Assembly: GCA_973895155.1 (NCBI GenBank)
Contig: OZ316894.1
Span: 15,120,699-15,184,698, forward strand
Direction: 5' to 3'
DNA from: Marsupella aquatica
Taxonomy: Eukaryota; Plantae; Marchantiophyta
Length of the DNA: 64,000 nucleotides
Positions 61,218 through 64,000 of this stretch are shown here, piece by piece (positions within the stretch are counted from its first letter, which is position 1; each line of letters opens with the position of its first letter). The notes below the pieces were generated by a model. The model was not told the DNA's origin and made no database searches. It saw only the letters and a list, made by a program, of their open reading frames with translations. The position numbers were made by a program, and so were the translations under genes.

Positions 61218-62283
61218 CTAATCTCTAAGATAAGTACTTTTGTGCAAATGTAGTGCGCATTCTGGAAACATCCGAACTATCTTCAAACTCCAAAAAGCAA
61301 AATCCATTCTTTTCTTTGCATCTGTGGCCATCATGTCACAAATGATGACATCCAATTTGGGTCTATGCACTGTTGCACTCCAACCCCTACCCAAAACTTG
61401 TGACCCCTTAGACATTCCATCCCAATTCTCTTGCAATAATCTCTCAAAAACATTTCCCAAAGCATATATATCCGTAGCTTGGCTAAACTCTACAGGGATA
61501 GGCTGAACAAGCTCTGGAGCCAGTTGTGGAAATTATTTTTGGTATGCAATTGCTTTTTCTTCCGTTGTGGGCCACACCCAATTTGCTGCTAATTTGCATT
61601 GTGATTTATGCTTTGACAAGCCAAAATCACATAATCCGACATATACTTTGATAGCCACATTGTTCTTGTGATCAAAATGAAAAAGGATATTTCCAAAGTG
61701 AAGATCACAATGAAATCAATCGTGTTCATGCAAGTATTGCAGGGTCTCTAGCAAAGCCAAGGCAATTTCCAAATGATTTTCCAACAAGAGTTTCTTTTCA
61801 GAAATGAGGTTGAAATCAAGGTTTGGTATAGCATGTGCTTTCCCTTTGCTCTTTGACCATATGCTGCACTTATCTATAAAGCTTCCCAAATCACCTTCAT
61901 TGTAGTGATTGTAAACAAGTTTTGGTAGATCCTCTTGTGGGTTTGACTATCAAAAATCTTAGGAACCACGTGCGATCCAAAATACGTATTTTTGATAGAA
62001 ATTAACTAAATTTTTTTTAAGTGCAGGAGGCAAAAAAAGGTATTATAAACTCATGTTTATAGAATATTCTTTAATATATACCTTTTATAAAGTAAAATAG
62101 GTTATTAATATTAAAATTAAAAAATATTATTTGAATATTTTATTTATAAAAAAAGTCTATTTATATTAGGCTAGGATCGCACGTGGTACCCCAAAATATA
62201 CACTTAGTTAACCCTCCGAGCAGATCCTCAATAATCAACGCTAGAGCTCCAACAATTCCCTTATGATTCAATCCTCCCATAAG
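61218..62283 (-). pseudogene. Protein kinase domain pseudogene, with an intron containing the MITE and the 5' part cut by the copia element
   Basis: LNHKGIV, KLVYNHYNEGDL, FHCDLHFGNIL, LCDFGLS, QLAPEL, SQATDIYALG, DAKKR in canonical order, with stops. Confidence 0.8.
61962..62190. mobile_element. MITE (17-bp TIR, very AT-rich interior)
   Basis: GGAACCACGTGCGATCC ... GGATCGCACGTGGTACC (1 mismatch). Confidence 0.8.
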
Positions 62284-64000
62284 TGTTATAACCCATAATA
62301 TGACTTAACCCTAGTATAGGATAGGTTAACATTAACCCAACCATGTTAACCCTTCTGGACTATATAAGTCCTTGGCATAATGGAAGTGAGTGGGGATTAT
62401 TGACTACTATCATCTTGTGTATTCATAACACGTTATCAGCGCGACTTGCTCAATTACATTTTTTTTTACATGTGCTCCCTCCCCAAAATCTGACAACTAA
62501 ATAGATCGAGGTCCACACAAAGAAAACAACACAATGTTGTGTGTTTTTTGCTCTAATGGAGAGAATAACCGCCTAACTACCTCCCGAGAATAGAAAAAAC
62601 AAGCTTATGATCGAAGAACAAAGAACTGGCTATAGAGCGTCGAGCCTAATCACGAGCGAAGATTCTCAACCTTGAACGAAGGAGACAACGCGACGAGACG
62701 CGAAAAACAAAATAAAAGACATTGGCGAAAACTGAAAACTTTGAGGACCGCACACAAGGACATACGAACGAACTCCATCGGGGACAATTTGGATGCGATC
62801 CAAGGGGCAGATGAGTCCCGTGCCTTGAGCGAAAGGATCGCTATCGTTTCTCTTTCTTTTGGTTAACTTGATCCATCACAACAGCCGATCGATCGGGCGG
62901 GACAAGGCGAAAGTCATAGGCATTTGATACAAAGGAACACCATATATTTATAAGGCCCAAAATCAGGCGAAATAGACATGGCAACATTGGAGAAGTTACA
63001 TTTCCCAGCCCTACTAGTAGACGGCAGCAACTACTTGACATGGGCCGTAGATGCGGAAACATACTTCGCATCGTTGGAGCTTGAAGATACATTAATCACA
63101 GACCAAAATCTGACTCTACAACAGAAGGCCAAGGCCGTGTTCCTTTTGCGCCAGCACTTGGTTCCCTCACTAAAATCCCAATACATGAACGAAGTCAATC
63201 CACGACTCCTGTGGGACAAGTTAAAGGCCCGATTCGACCATATGCGCGAAATATGGCTTCCTGAGGCTCGCCGCGATTGGTACAACCTACGAGTGATGGA
63301 TCATACTTCCATTGCTAACTACAACAGCGCTCTATTTAAAATTACCTCTCAACTAGAACTCTGCGGCCATCCAGTCCCAGACGCAGATAAGATCGACAAG
63401 ACACTGAGTACATTCCCCGAATCAAACATTGCACTCGGTACACAGTACCGAAATATGCAATTCACCACATATTCAGATCTTATCGCACATTTACTTGTAG
63501 AAGAGAAGCAACAGGTGGTCGCCATGCAAAACGCCCGAAAAAGACCTGCGGGAACAGAACCACCACCACACAAACCAGAGATAAATTACTATCAGCGAGA
63601 TAACATGGGACGAGGCCGACCAAGAGGCAGAGGCGGATACCAAGGCAGAGGTAGAAACCAATCCTACAGAGGTCGAGGATATCGACAATCATACAACACA
63701 AGAGGCAGGGGAGTAGGCGGCAGAGGCAGGATGAGTGATAATGCATCGGACAACACCAAAGATGACAGGATGTGCTACCGATGCGGAAAAATAGGACACC
63801 TGAAGAAAAATTGTTGGGCATCGGACCAAATAGCCAGGAAACATACAGAATCAAGAGCTAGACTCAAACAAAACCCAGCAGGGAACTACATGGAGCTAGA
63901 AGAAGCAATAGCCACCTACAAAGACCCCGAACAACCTCATGAAGTGGAGACCCACATAGTAACTCCAGCAAGAGGACCCTACACACTACAAGACCCCAAT
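62284..64000 (+). mobile_element. Second Bianca-type Ty1/copia element (5' part)
   Basis: 147-bp LTR TGTTAT...ATAACA (62284-62430), PBS CGTTATCAGCGCG, gag similar to that of the 16-24 kb element. Confidence 0.9.
62978..64000 (+). CDS. gag: Copia Gag, open to the window end
   Basis: MATLEKLHFPALLVDGSNYLTW...REIWLPEARRDW...CYRCGKIGH; missing from the ORF track, presumably because no stop falls in the window. Confidence 0.88.
   Translation, partial: MATLEKLHFPALLVDGSNYLTWAVDAETYFASLELEDTLITDQNLTLQQKAKAVFLLRQHLVPSLKSQYMNEVNPRLLWDKLKARFDHMREIWLPEARRDWYNLRVMDHTSIANYNSALFKITSQLELCGHPVPDADKIDKTLSTFPESNIALGTQYRNMQFTTYSDLIAHLLVEEKQQVVAMQNARKRPAGTEPPPHKPEINYYQRDNMGRGRPRGRGGYQGRGRNQSYRGRGYRQSYNTRGRGVGGRGRMSDNASDNTKDDRMCYRCGKIGHLKKNCWASDQIARKHTESRARLKQNPAGNYMELEEAIATYKDPEQPHEVETHIVTPARGPYTLQDPN

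Overview
Eukaryotic, almost certainly land-plant, heterochromatin-like DNA made of nested transposable elements. It carries Arabidopsis-type CCCTAAA repeats, plant Ty1/Ty3 lineages and GT-AG introns; a bryophyte, lycophyte or fern host is a guess. No intact host gene is evident. Contents in order: (1) a young non-chromoviral Ty3/gypsy element (<1-12200, minus strand) whose 4.64-kb LTRs each contain a ~1,114-codon sense ORF, with further copies of this LTR at 42235-49969 (nested, inverted) and ~51985-54437; (2) two decayed DNA transposons that combine Tnp1/En-Spm-like repeats with a Sola-like DDE transposase (12201-~25025 and ~54440-56960); (3) two Bianca-type Ty1/copia elements; (4) a second ORF-bearing LTR family (26.5-32.7 kb); (5) an EN+RT LINE whose family has a (CATTAC)n tail; (6) a spliced, disrupted gene with a degenerate N4C/N6A (beta-class) DNA-methyltransferase-like motif order; (7) a protein-kinase pseudogene, a MITE, a minisatellite and a 1507-bp tandem duplication. 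The strongest candidates for novelty are the protein-coding giant LTRs, the MTase-like gene, and short repair scars built from LINE-tail and telomerase-type repeats on the same strand. All domain calls are motif recognition by eye; no searches were run.
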